From Amoeboradix gromovi X-113 (taxonomy: Eukaryota > Fungi > Sanchytriomycota): a stretch of DNA of 10,223 nucleotides. The DNA is taken from positions 1 through 10,223 of the forward strand of contig JADGIF010000354.1 of assembly GCA_018985225.1 (NCBI GenBank), written 5' to 3'. This document shows, piece by piece, positions 1-6,937 of this stretch. The notes beneath the pieces are model-generated. The model saw only the letters and a list, made by a program, of their open reading frames with translations, made no database searches and had not been told where the DNA came from. Each line of letters begins with the position of its first letter. The first letter of the stretch is position 1. The translations under genes and the position numbers were made by a program.

Positions 1-90
1 GAAGTGCGAAGTTGGTGCCATAAAGTCAAGACTTACAAGAGGATTAACAGCCTCAACTGATGAAGATTTGAGAAGTTTAACCTCTGACAT
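1..90 (-). CDS. Probable 5' end of a gene running off the left edge (MSEVKLLKSSSVEAVNPLVSLDFMAPTSHF...), product unknown
   Basis: ATG at 90-88 in an AAA-ATG context, open for 30 codons to the window edge. It lies 82 bp past the stop of the 173..670 gene and past that gene's AATAAA (141-136). No recognisable motif. Confidence 0.35.
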   Translation of the reverse strand, partial: MSEVKLLKSSSVEAVNPLVSLDFMAPTSHF

Positions 91-172
91 TTGAATATTC
101 AACAGCGCAAAGATTTTGTCCGGCTTTGTAGATTATTTATTAGATTTATATAAAAAGAGTAATTTCAAACAT

Positions 173-670
173 CTACTTGGGATCATATGCATCTTGAAAG
201 TGGAACATTTTTTCAGATATAAAATTTCTGCGTTCAACGTCACTCATTCGTAATGCTTGATCTCTCCAGCTTGCAAGTTCTGGTGCAGAGTATTCCATTG
301 CCTTCTTAGACTCCATCAAAGGCCAGTTGTGCGCTTGTAGTGCTTCTAAAATTCTACTTACGTCATCAGGCTTACAATGTTCCCAACCTTCAACAAAAAA
401 ATCATTTTCGTTTACAAGTATTTGTATTTCAAATGTCGGAAAATCTTCAGGTACCGAGTTATTGTTTAGAATGCAAGCGTCAAATTTTCGGGTTTTGAAA
501 ACCTCAATGGACTCAGTAACACTGTAGTCATAAATTTGAAGATAAGTGGTATAATATTTGTTATCAATAAATATCTCATTAGTTTTGGACAGTTTTTCTC
601 TGAATTCCTTGTTCAGTGAGTCAGATATAAATGCAACAGAATTTGGTAATTGGGTTTCTTCAACCATCAT
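173..670 (-). CDS. IRC6: Alpha/gamma-adaptin-binding protein p34 (AAGAB/Irc6 family), compact 165 aa
   Basis: Three family motifs in the expected order: IDNKYYT, VSRILEALQAHNW (cf. RIVQALNANVW) and the C-terminal helix LASWRDQALRMSDVERR. AATAAA on the minus strand at 141-136. Confidence 0.8.
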   Translation of the reverse strand: MMVEETQLPNSVAFISDSLNKEFREKLSKTNEIFIDNKYYTTYLQIYDYSVTESIEVFKTRKFDACILNNNSVPEDFPTFEIQILVNENDFFVEGWEHCKPDDVSRILEALQAHNWPLMESKKAMEYSAPELASWRDQALRMSDVERRNFISEKMFHFQDAYDPK

Positions 671-828
671 TTCAAGGAGAGGTACAGCTCGATTGTTTTC
701 TTGAATAAATCATTTACAGCGAGTTTGTATGTATTTTTATATAATTACATGACTGTTCAAATACTTTAAATACTCGATATTCTTCCTTTTCACTAACGGT
801 AAATGGAATAAATAGATGTAATCCCGAA

Positions 829-942
829 CATGTCAAATCTAAAGAAATTACTAACAGGTACAGTATACATTCATCAACACTGAGGAAGTGGTCCAAAAAT
901 GGAACTATTAGATGTCTTTCGACGCCAGGAAAGCGATATCTG
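829..942 (+). pseudogene. tnpA: N-terminal MerR-type HTH fragment of an IS607-family serine recombinase (TnpA)
   Basis: Translates HVKSKEITNRYSIHSSTLRKWSKNGTIRCLSTPGKRYL, matching the IS607 TnpA pattern TLRxW..xGxI...xTPGGxRxY. There is no in-frame ATG (nearest ATGs at 803 and 816 are out of frame) and the catalytic domain is absent. Confidence 0.8.
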
Positions 943-1145
943 CACAACTTATTCAAGGAACGCTTGAAGTTCAAGTGCAAACAAAGAGGAAAGACGATAA
1001 TCAAATGTGATGAATTATTTACTAGTCATACATGTACAAGGTATGGTACCCTAAAGAAAACTAATTTAGAAACCTGAACCTGTACAAAGTGTCATTCGGA
1101 TGTAGAGACCATATGGCAGCAAGGAACATATACATCAAGTATCTG
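943..1145 (+). pseudogene. C-terminal fragment of a Fanzor2/IS607-type TnpB nuclease (RuvC-II Glu, zinc ribbon, RuvC-III Asp)
   Basis: HNLFKERLKFKCKQRGKTIIKCDELFTSHTCTRYGTLKKTNLET*TCTKCHSD, then after a frameshift near 1103 RDHMAARNIYIKYL. Matches HxxFKxRL...E-x-[FY]TSxTCxxCG...CxxC...DRDxxAARNI. Inactivated by TGA at 1075-1077, the frameshift and one Cys>Tyr change. Confidence 0.88.
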
Positions 1146-1149
1146 CATC

Positions 1150-1288
1150 CTTATTCAATCCCGCCTCAGGGTAGTAAAAGTGTGAGCAATCACTGCAACA
1201 GAGCATCTAGCATTGCTAGTTTCTCTGTGGAAATTCTTGATTTTCTGGGAAATCAGGACTTTTAACGAGGAGCTGAACTTGATTACAA
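1150..1288 (+). ncRNA. Candidate omegaRNA scaffold / structured right end of element copy 1
   Basis: Lies 3' of the RuvC-III motif and is conserved with 2890-3001. Hairpins at 1198-1228 (ACAGAG..CTAGC-ATT-GCTAG..CTCTGT) and 1236-1257 (CTTGATTTT-CTGG-GAAATCAGG). Boundaries approximate; expression unknown. Confidence 0.5.
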
Positions 1289-1380
1289 GAAGCAAAAGAC
1301 GACGACATTCTTGTAATAATTAGAAGTTAAAAAATGGTTACTCGAAAACATTTTTTCAGGACTATCAAACAAAGTTTAAC

Positions 1381-2128
1381 ATGGAATTCAAAAATGAAGA
1401 AAAGCTGGTTGATAAAAATATGAAAGACGCAGATAATATCACATATCACGACAAACCAGAAGTTCTTATAAATGGCAGCGATGAAGTAAACCTGACTACT
1501 CAAGATAATATTGACGAGCTAGATATTGAAACTATACAAATTAGTCAGGATAAGTTAGCAGACACAACCGTTGAGAAAAGAAGCAGTGTAGTTATTCATG
1601 AGGAGAGGTCCCAGTCTTCTGTACAAATAAGTGCTCAATCTCTGGATGACTTGGAATGTGAACCTGTTGCAACTGTTGAATTGGACTCGGAAGAAAACAA
1701 TGTAGTACTGGGAACTTCAGATACTGACAAAATGAATTCAATTAGGACTGATACCACATTTGATGACGAAACACCAAAAGCCAGTACTTTTCACATGATG
1801 GTAATTTTAACTCACTTAGAAACAGTTCCCACCCATAATTACCAAGGATTTTGCATATTCTAAAGATAGGCCTGAGCATCTGGGGGATTACCCTAAGCTG
1901 GCTGATTCTGATGATGAAATGGAATATGACGAGACATCAGATTACAAAAAAGCTACAGCGCTCTATGATTTTGAGGCTGAAAACCCTTCTGAATTAAGTT
2001 TCAAAGAAGGGGATTTATTAACCATAAAGAATCAGCCATATGATGGTTGGTTTATGGCTGAGCTACTCGGTGAAAGCGGACTAATTCCAGAAAATTACAT
2101 ACAACTCATTGAGGAAGAGCATTCATAA
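1381..2128 (+). CDS. NBP2: Nbp2/Skb5-like SH3 adaptor, join(1381..1800,1820..2128), 242 aa; may start at ATG 1334 via an extra intron 1337..1359
   Basis: Removing intron 1801-1819 joins the 1381 and 1919 ORFs. This reveals IITKDFAYSKDRPEHLG (Nbp2-type IKD[FY]AY...xxHxG motif), an acidic linker and a canonical SH3 (ALYDFEAENPSELSF...GWF...GLIPENYI). AATAAA at 2138-2143. Confidence 0.8.
1801..1819 (+). other. 19-nt spliceosomal intron GTAATTTTAACTCACTTAG
   Basis: GT...TAG; removal restores the frame between the two NBP2 halves. An alternative in-frame acceptor CAG at 1823-1825 would give 25 nt. Confidence 0.75.
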
Positions 2129-2364
2129 ATCTATTTCAATAAATGATAAACTTTGTTTTTAAATTTTGAACGCATTTTGCAGAAGATCATGAAAGCTGGT
2201 TTAATACCATTTGAGAAACAGAAAAGTAACAAAAGCTATGAAATTGCAGAAGTGCAGCATTGCTTTTCGTATTAAATACTTCCTACGTGAGGCACTAAGA
2301 TTGCCATTAACAATTAGACAAAAGAACCATATTTACTTTCAATGTAGTTGAATAGCTGTTTTTT

Positions 2365-2545
2365 TGTTAAAGTGCAACAATATTTTGAACTGATAGATGC
2401 TCATGACACAATTCAAATTGCAAAATGATGATATCCATTACTTTAGCGTACAAGACGGTGTAACCATAATTTATTTGGAGATGTTTCCTTGGAAAGTAAT
2501 GCAATTTGATCGATGAACATGGCGCATCTGAATGGTGTTTTTAAG
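2365..2545 (-). mobile_element. Possible third, heavily eroded and inverted copy of the IS607/Fanzor mini-element
   Basis: Minus-strand patches collinear with copies 1 and 2: 2498-2482 matches 2717-2733 at 16/17; 2451-2441 matches 1046-1056 at 10/11; 2402-2391 matches 1201-1212 at 11/12; ACTTTAAC at 2373-2366 resembles ACTTTTAAC at 1258-1266. Confidence 0.45.
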
Positions 2546-2598
2546 TTAGGCAATAGAGATGAGTCGGTTAACTCACTGAGAAAAGCTGTCCATTTCAA

Positions 2599-3001
2599 TT
2601 GAATAAACCGTTTAAAACTCGCCGCACTTCCCTGTAATTAGTTGCAAATTTAACGACTTTTCTAATAGATACAGAACACACTCTTCGACAGTCAGAAGCT
2701 GGTCTAAAAGTATAGCTACCTTCCAAGGAAACAGAAAAGACAAGAGCGGAATGTAATGAAGCATTTACAAGCCAAAAGTATACAAGGTGAGTTACTCTCA
2801 ACAAACACAATTTGTAGATACACTGTAATTTAGAAATCGATAAAGACCATATGGCAGCATAGAACATATGTGAAAGCTAGACTAATCACTATTCAATTTC
2901 AGAGTAGTAGAACTATGAGAAGGCACTGTACCGGAGCCACTGACTGCGGAAATTTTTGATTTTATTGGAAATCGGGTAAATTTAACGAGAATTGCTTACA
3001 A
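2599..3001 (+). mobile_element. Non-autonomous IS607-like/Fanzor2 element, copy 2 (more deleted, multiple stops)
   Basis: 2664-2708 encodes NRYRTHSSTVRSWSK (TnpA HTH). 2722-2868 encodes SKETEKTRAECNEAFTSQKYTR*VTLNKHNL*IHCNLEIDKDHMAA*NI (Fanzor/TnpB C-terminus). Its left and right non-coding segments align with copy 1. Confidence 0.82.
2890..3001 (+). ncRNA. Candidate omegaRNA scaffold / structured right end of element copy 2
   Basis: Aligns to 1152-1288. Hairpin at 2955-2976 (TTTGATTTT-ATTG-GAAATCGGG), flanked by self-complementary AAATTT at 2950 and 2978. Confidence 0.45.
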
Positions 3002-3089
3002 TTTCTACTGCAACCCCTATTGATCTCGATTTTATCGTTTTATATTGACAAGCAACATCAAATGACTTTTTGAATACATTATTTATTGT

Positions 3090-5133
3090 TTAGTCCTTTG
3101 GGGTCAAATAGTACGCACTAATGAACACTATGTACCCCATCACCAATATGAATCCCTTAAAGTAATTTGATTTCCCTTCAATGAATACATAACTAATCAT
3201 AAATACACTTGTAAATACTACAAACGCATCAAACATTGGAAATACAAGCCTAGGTTAATGTAAAATACACAAAAGAGTTTAGACTGTCCTGCTTCTCTCC
3301 CATTATGTAGAGTCTCAATGCACTAAATAACACTAGGCATGGCATTTGCAACAGGGCTACCTGGACAGTATATGCTAATCCTATCTCTAGCGATAAATCT
3401 ACGTGTCCTGCTAGTCCAAATGCTACCGCGTTTACAAACTCTGGAACAGACGGTACTATTGCAAACAGCGTAACACCTATAAACTTATGGCTCACGTTTC
3501 CACTAGCTATCGCATCTACACTATCTACCAACAGTTCTGCAATAAACGCAAACAAAAAGGTGCAAGTTATGATGATTAATACCGATTTAAGTATGGACCA
3601 GTTAGGCGCATCATGCAGATCGACATGTATAGATACACTGGTACTTCTTGCTCTCTTTCTGTTAACAGGAAGCAGCAACGTATTCTCGTTATTTTCACCA
3701 ACAATATCTGTATCATCATCACTGCTTGCGGTAGCACTAAGGGTAACATTAGGAATGACCGAGTCAGTCGTTTGCACTTGGTAGTTGAGCTGATATATGT
3801 GTTTAACATGTGTTTTTAGAGTAAATAAAAGTCCTATGCCATACGCAATTGGCATGATAATGGCACAAATCCATGTTAACGGTTTTACATACAAATGGTA
3901 AAAGCGATCAAACTTGTCATGACCATAACTTATGTTAAATATTGTGGGAGTGAAGAGAGTAATAATACTCATTATAAGCATTGTTGTAGTGACCCCTGTT
4001 GATTTTACGTTAAACTTCAATTCTTTGTACCTCAATCCACCACAGATCATTGAGAGACCTGGAAGCAGCAACAAAACTGCTAAAAATGAGCCGATAAATG
4101 CACCTTGTACTATTTTCCCTTTTCTGTTGGTCAACGCAATGCAGTACAGCAATATTTCAATTATAGAACCAAAGGAAGCATTGACAATGGCGCCCAAACC
4201 GAAAGATGTCTGAGCAGATATAGAAGCAATCCCGAGGCCTAGAAAGTAGCTTAAAGGTATTGTAGAGAATATACAAAGTACAAACACAGTTAACCTACTG
4301 GTTACTCCAGGTGGCCAATTATAAAAAGGACCGAGCACAAATCCATCCAATAAAGTGAAAAGGACAACAGGGATGAGATTGATAAACATGATGTTGACGC
4401 CATCAACTGTATATTTAAAGTACTTGACATCGGCGGCGATATGAATACTAGCGATTAAGATTGAGGAGTTTCGAGAATAAAGTTGCAAGTTATCAGAATG
4501 ACTTAGCAACCTTGTGGAGTCTTCCACTAGTTCAATGTTAATCAAAAGAGGCTGTTTTAAAAGGTTTTGAATCAACTTGGTGTTCAGTTTAGCCATAGGG
4601 ATGTAATATACTGAGGAATTGCATAACAGCCAGGAAAACAAATGAAGTGGGTATATGAGGATAGCAGTTAGGAAGTAATAGCACGTTACATCCCAGCTAT
4701 TAGCACTGTTGGTAATTAAATTGTTGTTGGCTGCTCTATTTGGCATTATTCTTTGGATGCGGTATTTAAAAGGATACAAGTTATACTTTGATAAATTAAA
4801 TACTAGAGAAATAAACGGACTGCTATTAAAGGAAAGAATAACTAGCAAAATGCCTACGACAGCATAAACTAGAGCAATGATCCATCCAAGCAACAGGGAA
4901 TAAATCAAGTTCTTCCATATTAATTTGGAAGAATAAAATGTATCCTGATCCCTTCCCAACACTGATTCCTCAGCAAATCTTGAAATGGACCTAGCTTTCT
5001 TGTACAAGGCACTTTTCCAAGGTTTAGTTCCAAATAAATGAGAAGCATTAAAGTTATCTTGTCTTCTTTTGATGTCGGGTTGATCATCCATGTAGAATTC
5101 TTCATCGGAATTGAGGTCCTGAATAGGTTGCAT
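3090..5133 (-). CDS. VNX1: Vnx1-like CAX-family vacuolar cation/H+ exchanger, complement(join(3090..3249,3269..5133)), 674 aa
   Basis: KSALYKKARSI N-terminal motif, YccF-like segments, alpha-1 repeat GAIVNASFGSIIE and alpha-2 repeat AIVPSVPEFVNA. Splicing 3268-3250 adds the missing C-terminus FVLVFPMFD...EGKSNYFKGFILV...TPKD* (TAA 3092-3090). AATAAA at 3087-3082. Confidence 0.93.
3250..3268 (-). other. 19-nt spliceosomal intron GTATTTTACATTAACCTAG
   Basis: Contains the in-frame TAG that ends the listed ORF. Removal restores FVLVFP and the conserved EGKSNYFKG tail. The alternative donor 2 nt upstream leads to an early stop. Branch-like TTAAC abuts the CTAG acceptor. Confidence 0.88.
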
Positions 5134-5188
5134 AAATGTTTCGCAATTTTTAGAGAAAATCCTCGTACTAAAAATATATGATTTATTT

Positions 5189-5821
5189 TTAAGCTTTAGC
5201 CTCTGGAACAGATTTCTTAGCCTTCTTCTTCTTCTTTTCAGACTTTTCTTCGGTCACGTTACCAAGAAGACTAGCCTTCTTGTCGTCTTTGCGTTTTAAT
5301 TTACGTTCTCTTGCTACCTTGGACTTCTGTCTATATGCTTCGGCCTGCTCAGATAATGCAGCAGCTCTTTCTTTCTCTGCCTTTGCTTTGTGAATGTGTT
5401 CCATCAAGACACGTTTGTTCTTGAAAACATTACCTTTTGATTTAACATATAATTCACGGTACAAATGCTTATCAATTTTTTGAAGTTCGCGATACTTGAC
5501 CAATAATCTTCTCAAAACACGTTGTCTTCTTTGCCATGTAACCTTTTCAGGCATTCTAGCATTGGCAGTACCCTTACGTTTACCGTGGCCATTATGTCTT
5601 CCCTTTAATTTCGCAGCTTCTCTAACATGAACTCGGAATCTCGATACAGCGTTTTCTGGTTTTTTAATAACTAAACCGTCCTTGACTAATTTTCTGATAG
5701 ATGCCCTAGTTTTTGCAGCTGAGATATCTATGATTTCATTTGGATCTAACCACACTTTACGTTTACCGCATTTCATAACGGACGCTGCTAATCGCTTTTG
5801 AAAGCGTAATCCAGATGTCAT
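5189..5821 (-). CDS. RPL19: 60S ribosomal protein L19 (eL19), intronless
   Basis: [37 protein letters not shown] and [22 protein letters not shown] are diagnostic. AATAAA follows the stop. Confidence 0.99.
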   Translation of the reverse strand: MTSGLRFQKRLAASVMKCGKRKVWLDPNEIIDISAAKTRASIRKLVKDGLVIKKPENAVSRFRVHVREAAKLKGRHNGHGKRKGTANARMPEKVTWQRRQRVLRRLLVKYRELQKIDKHLYRELYVKSKGNVFKNKRVLMEHIHKAKAEKERAAALSEQAEAYRQKSKVARERKLKRKDDKKASLLGNVTEEKSEKKKKKAKKSVPEAKA

Positions 5822-5897
5822 TGCAATTTAGAAATTGGGCAGAATTTTTGAAGTGATTCCACGTGCAAAATGAAAATAATGTGAAACTAATTGCCGA
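5822..5897. promoter_or_regulatory. 76-bp divergent promoter between RPL19 and the 87-aa ORF, with a central CACGTG (E-box) at 5860-5865
   Basis: Head-to-head ATGs at 5821 and 5898 with a palindromic CACGTG near the midpoint. Function of the motif is inferred. Confidence 0.5.
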
Positions 5898-6161
5898 ATG
5901 GAAGAAGATTATCCAGCACTGCAAGAGAAGTTTAAAAGCCTAAAAAACGAATACGATAAGAACGTTAAAGGATATGGACAAGCGAGAAAGGAATACATAG
6001 CAATACGAAAAGATTTGGAATCAATACTTGCAAACATGGACGTCAAAGGACTAGTTATACCGCATCCACGTCTTACTTATGAGCTTTCTGATACAGAGAT
6101 TGGTCAAGTGCAGAAGCATTTGGAGTACTTTTTAGAAAAAGGTAGATTCGAGCATGAATAA
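5898..6161 (+). CDS. Small coiled-coil protein (87 aa), weakly like the INO80E/Iec3-type coiled coil
   Basis: Clean ORF with AATAAA overlapping the stop (6160-6165). Heptad pattern YxxLxxKxKxLxxE...A...D...L. Family call is tentative. Confidence 0.7.
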   Translation: MEEDYPALQEKFKSLKNEYDKNVKGYGQARKEYIAIRKDLESILANMDVKGLVIPHPRLTYELSDTEIGQVQKHLEYFLEKGRFEHE

Positions 6162-6304
6162 TAAATTCCTATTAATTTATATCTTGGCCGCGTATCTGTA
6201 CTAGCAACAAAGTGATAGCTCACTGAACGGCCTGTTAAATCAAGAATGCATTAAATATATTTAATAAATGAATTGAACACCCCAGGCCTCTCTTCGGATG
6301 AGAC

Positions 6305-6937
6305 ATGGGAGAAGAGACTACCAAAAGAAATATGGATTCAGATTCTTCAAAACTTCAGGACAACATTGAGGCTCTGATCAAAAGACTACAAGGGCCTCTA
6401 TTAAACGAGGAGGGTCTTCCCTTTGTTGACATTATTGAGCATGTAGACAGTGATGTTGAGGTTGAACACAATGATGACTCTGCAATATCGATTCGCAATT
6501 ACAACTTGAAACCTGAAAAAGCATTAAGCAAATCCGAAGAAAAAACTTCAGCTAAAACTCTTAAGTCTAAGGAAATACCTATTGTTTCAAGCATAAAAGA
6601 GAAATACATTAGCACCGATAGTGCCTTTCTGGAGTATCTTCAGAGGATTAAAGACGAGGAAGAGGATGAAATGGGTGTGGATGATTACCCTGAGTGGATT
6701 CAAAATAGTATATTTGGTGAGTATGACTCGCATGAGTCTGAATCAGAAAATGAGTTGGTGGCAGAAACTGAGAAACATCGTAATGTTGAGGTTTCCAGCA
6801 CTAAGGCCATAAAAAAAGTGCGCTTTGCAGAGAAAGATGAAGTTCTCGTATTTAACTCTCAAAAATCTCGGCAAGAACTTGGGCTGTCCAAATTCAAAGC
6901 AAAACGAATGGGGATTTTCGATGACGATGAAGAGTAA
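6305..6937 (+). CDS. BUD27: Bud27/URI-like protein lacking an obvious N-terminal prefoldin domain
   Basis: LNEEGLPFVDIIE motif, acidic middle, KKVRF (RVxF-type motif) and C-terminal LSKFKAKR (URI-box/DUF3835-like). AATAAA just after the stop. Confidence 0.7.
   Translation: MGEETTKRNMDSDSSKLQDNIEALIKRLQGPLLNEEGLPFVDIIEHVDSDVEVEHNDDSAISIRNYNLKPEKALSKSEEKTSAKTLKSKEIPIVSSIKEKYISTDSAFLEYLQRIKDEEEDEMGVDDYPEWIQNSIFGEYDSHESESENELVAETEKHRNVEVSSTKAIKKVRFAEKDEVLVFNSQKSRQELGLSKFKAKRMGIFDDDEE

Larger units (their letters stand above)
701..1288 (+). mobile_element. Non-autonomous, internally deleted IS607-like/Fanzor2 element, copy 1 (ends approximate: left ~701, right 1269-1288)
   Basis: Contains TnpA-HTH and Fanzor/TnpB C-terminal coding remnants. 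Collinear with 2599-3001: TTGAATAAA at 701/2599, identical 16-mer AGACCATATGGCAGCA at 1106/2844, TTTAACGAG at 1261/2981, TTGATTACAA/TTGCTTACAA at 1279/2992. Confidence 0.85.

Noticed and set aside
327-527. 66-aa plus-strand ORF
   Set aside because: Non-ATG start and fully antisense to the IRC6-like gene.
676-700. Target-site duplication, terminal inverted repeats or an exact GG crossover core for the elements
   Set aside because: No convincing TSD or TIR is seen (consistent with IS607, which makes neither), and two diverged copies do not fix the ends well enough to assign a core dinucleotide.
714-1004. 96-aa minus-strand ORF in the track
   Set aside because: Antisense shadow of the TnpA/Fanzor remnant; the recognisable protein signal is on the plus strand.
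1198-1228. Compensatory base changes in the first right-end hairpin between copies
   Set aside because: Copy 2 has a deletion here and pairing only works in a shifted register, so covariation cannot be claimed.
1381-2128. Two separate genes (160 aa and 69 aa)
   Set aside because: A single short intron joins them and exposes the Nbp2-type motif between the two listed ORFs.
2189-2275. 28-codon ORF MKAGLIPFEK...
   Set aside because: Too short, with no credible splice extension or motif.
2595-2867. 90-aa minus-strand ORF in the track
   Set aside because: Antisense to element copy 2; no recognisable motifs.
2788-2880. Stop-codon reassignment (TAA/TAG read as Gln) to rescue interrupted frames
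   Set aside because: Conserved genes end at TAA/TAG in the expected places (RPL19, VNX1), and the remnants also contain TGA stops and frameshifts.
3560-5105. Short ORFs 3560..3784, 3576..3809, 3613..3819, 3932..4213 and 4920..5105
   Set aside because: All nested in or antisense to the well-supported VNX1 CDS, with no independent signal.
6621-6812. 63-aa alternative-frame ORF
   Set aside because: Non-ATG start, nested in the Bud27-like CDS.
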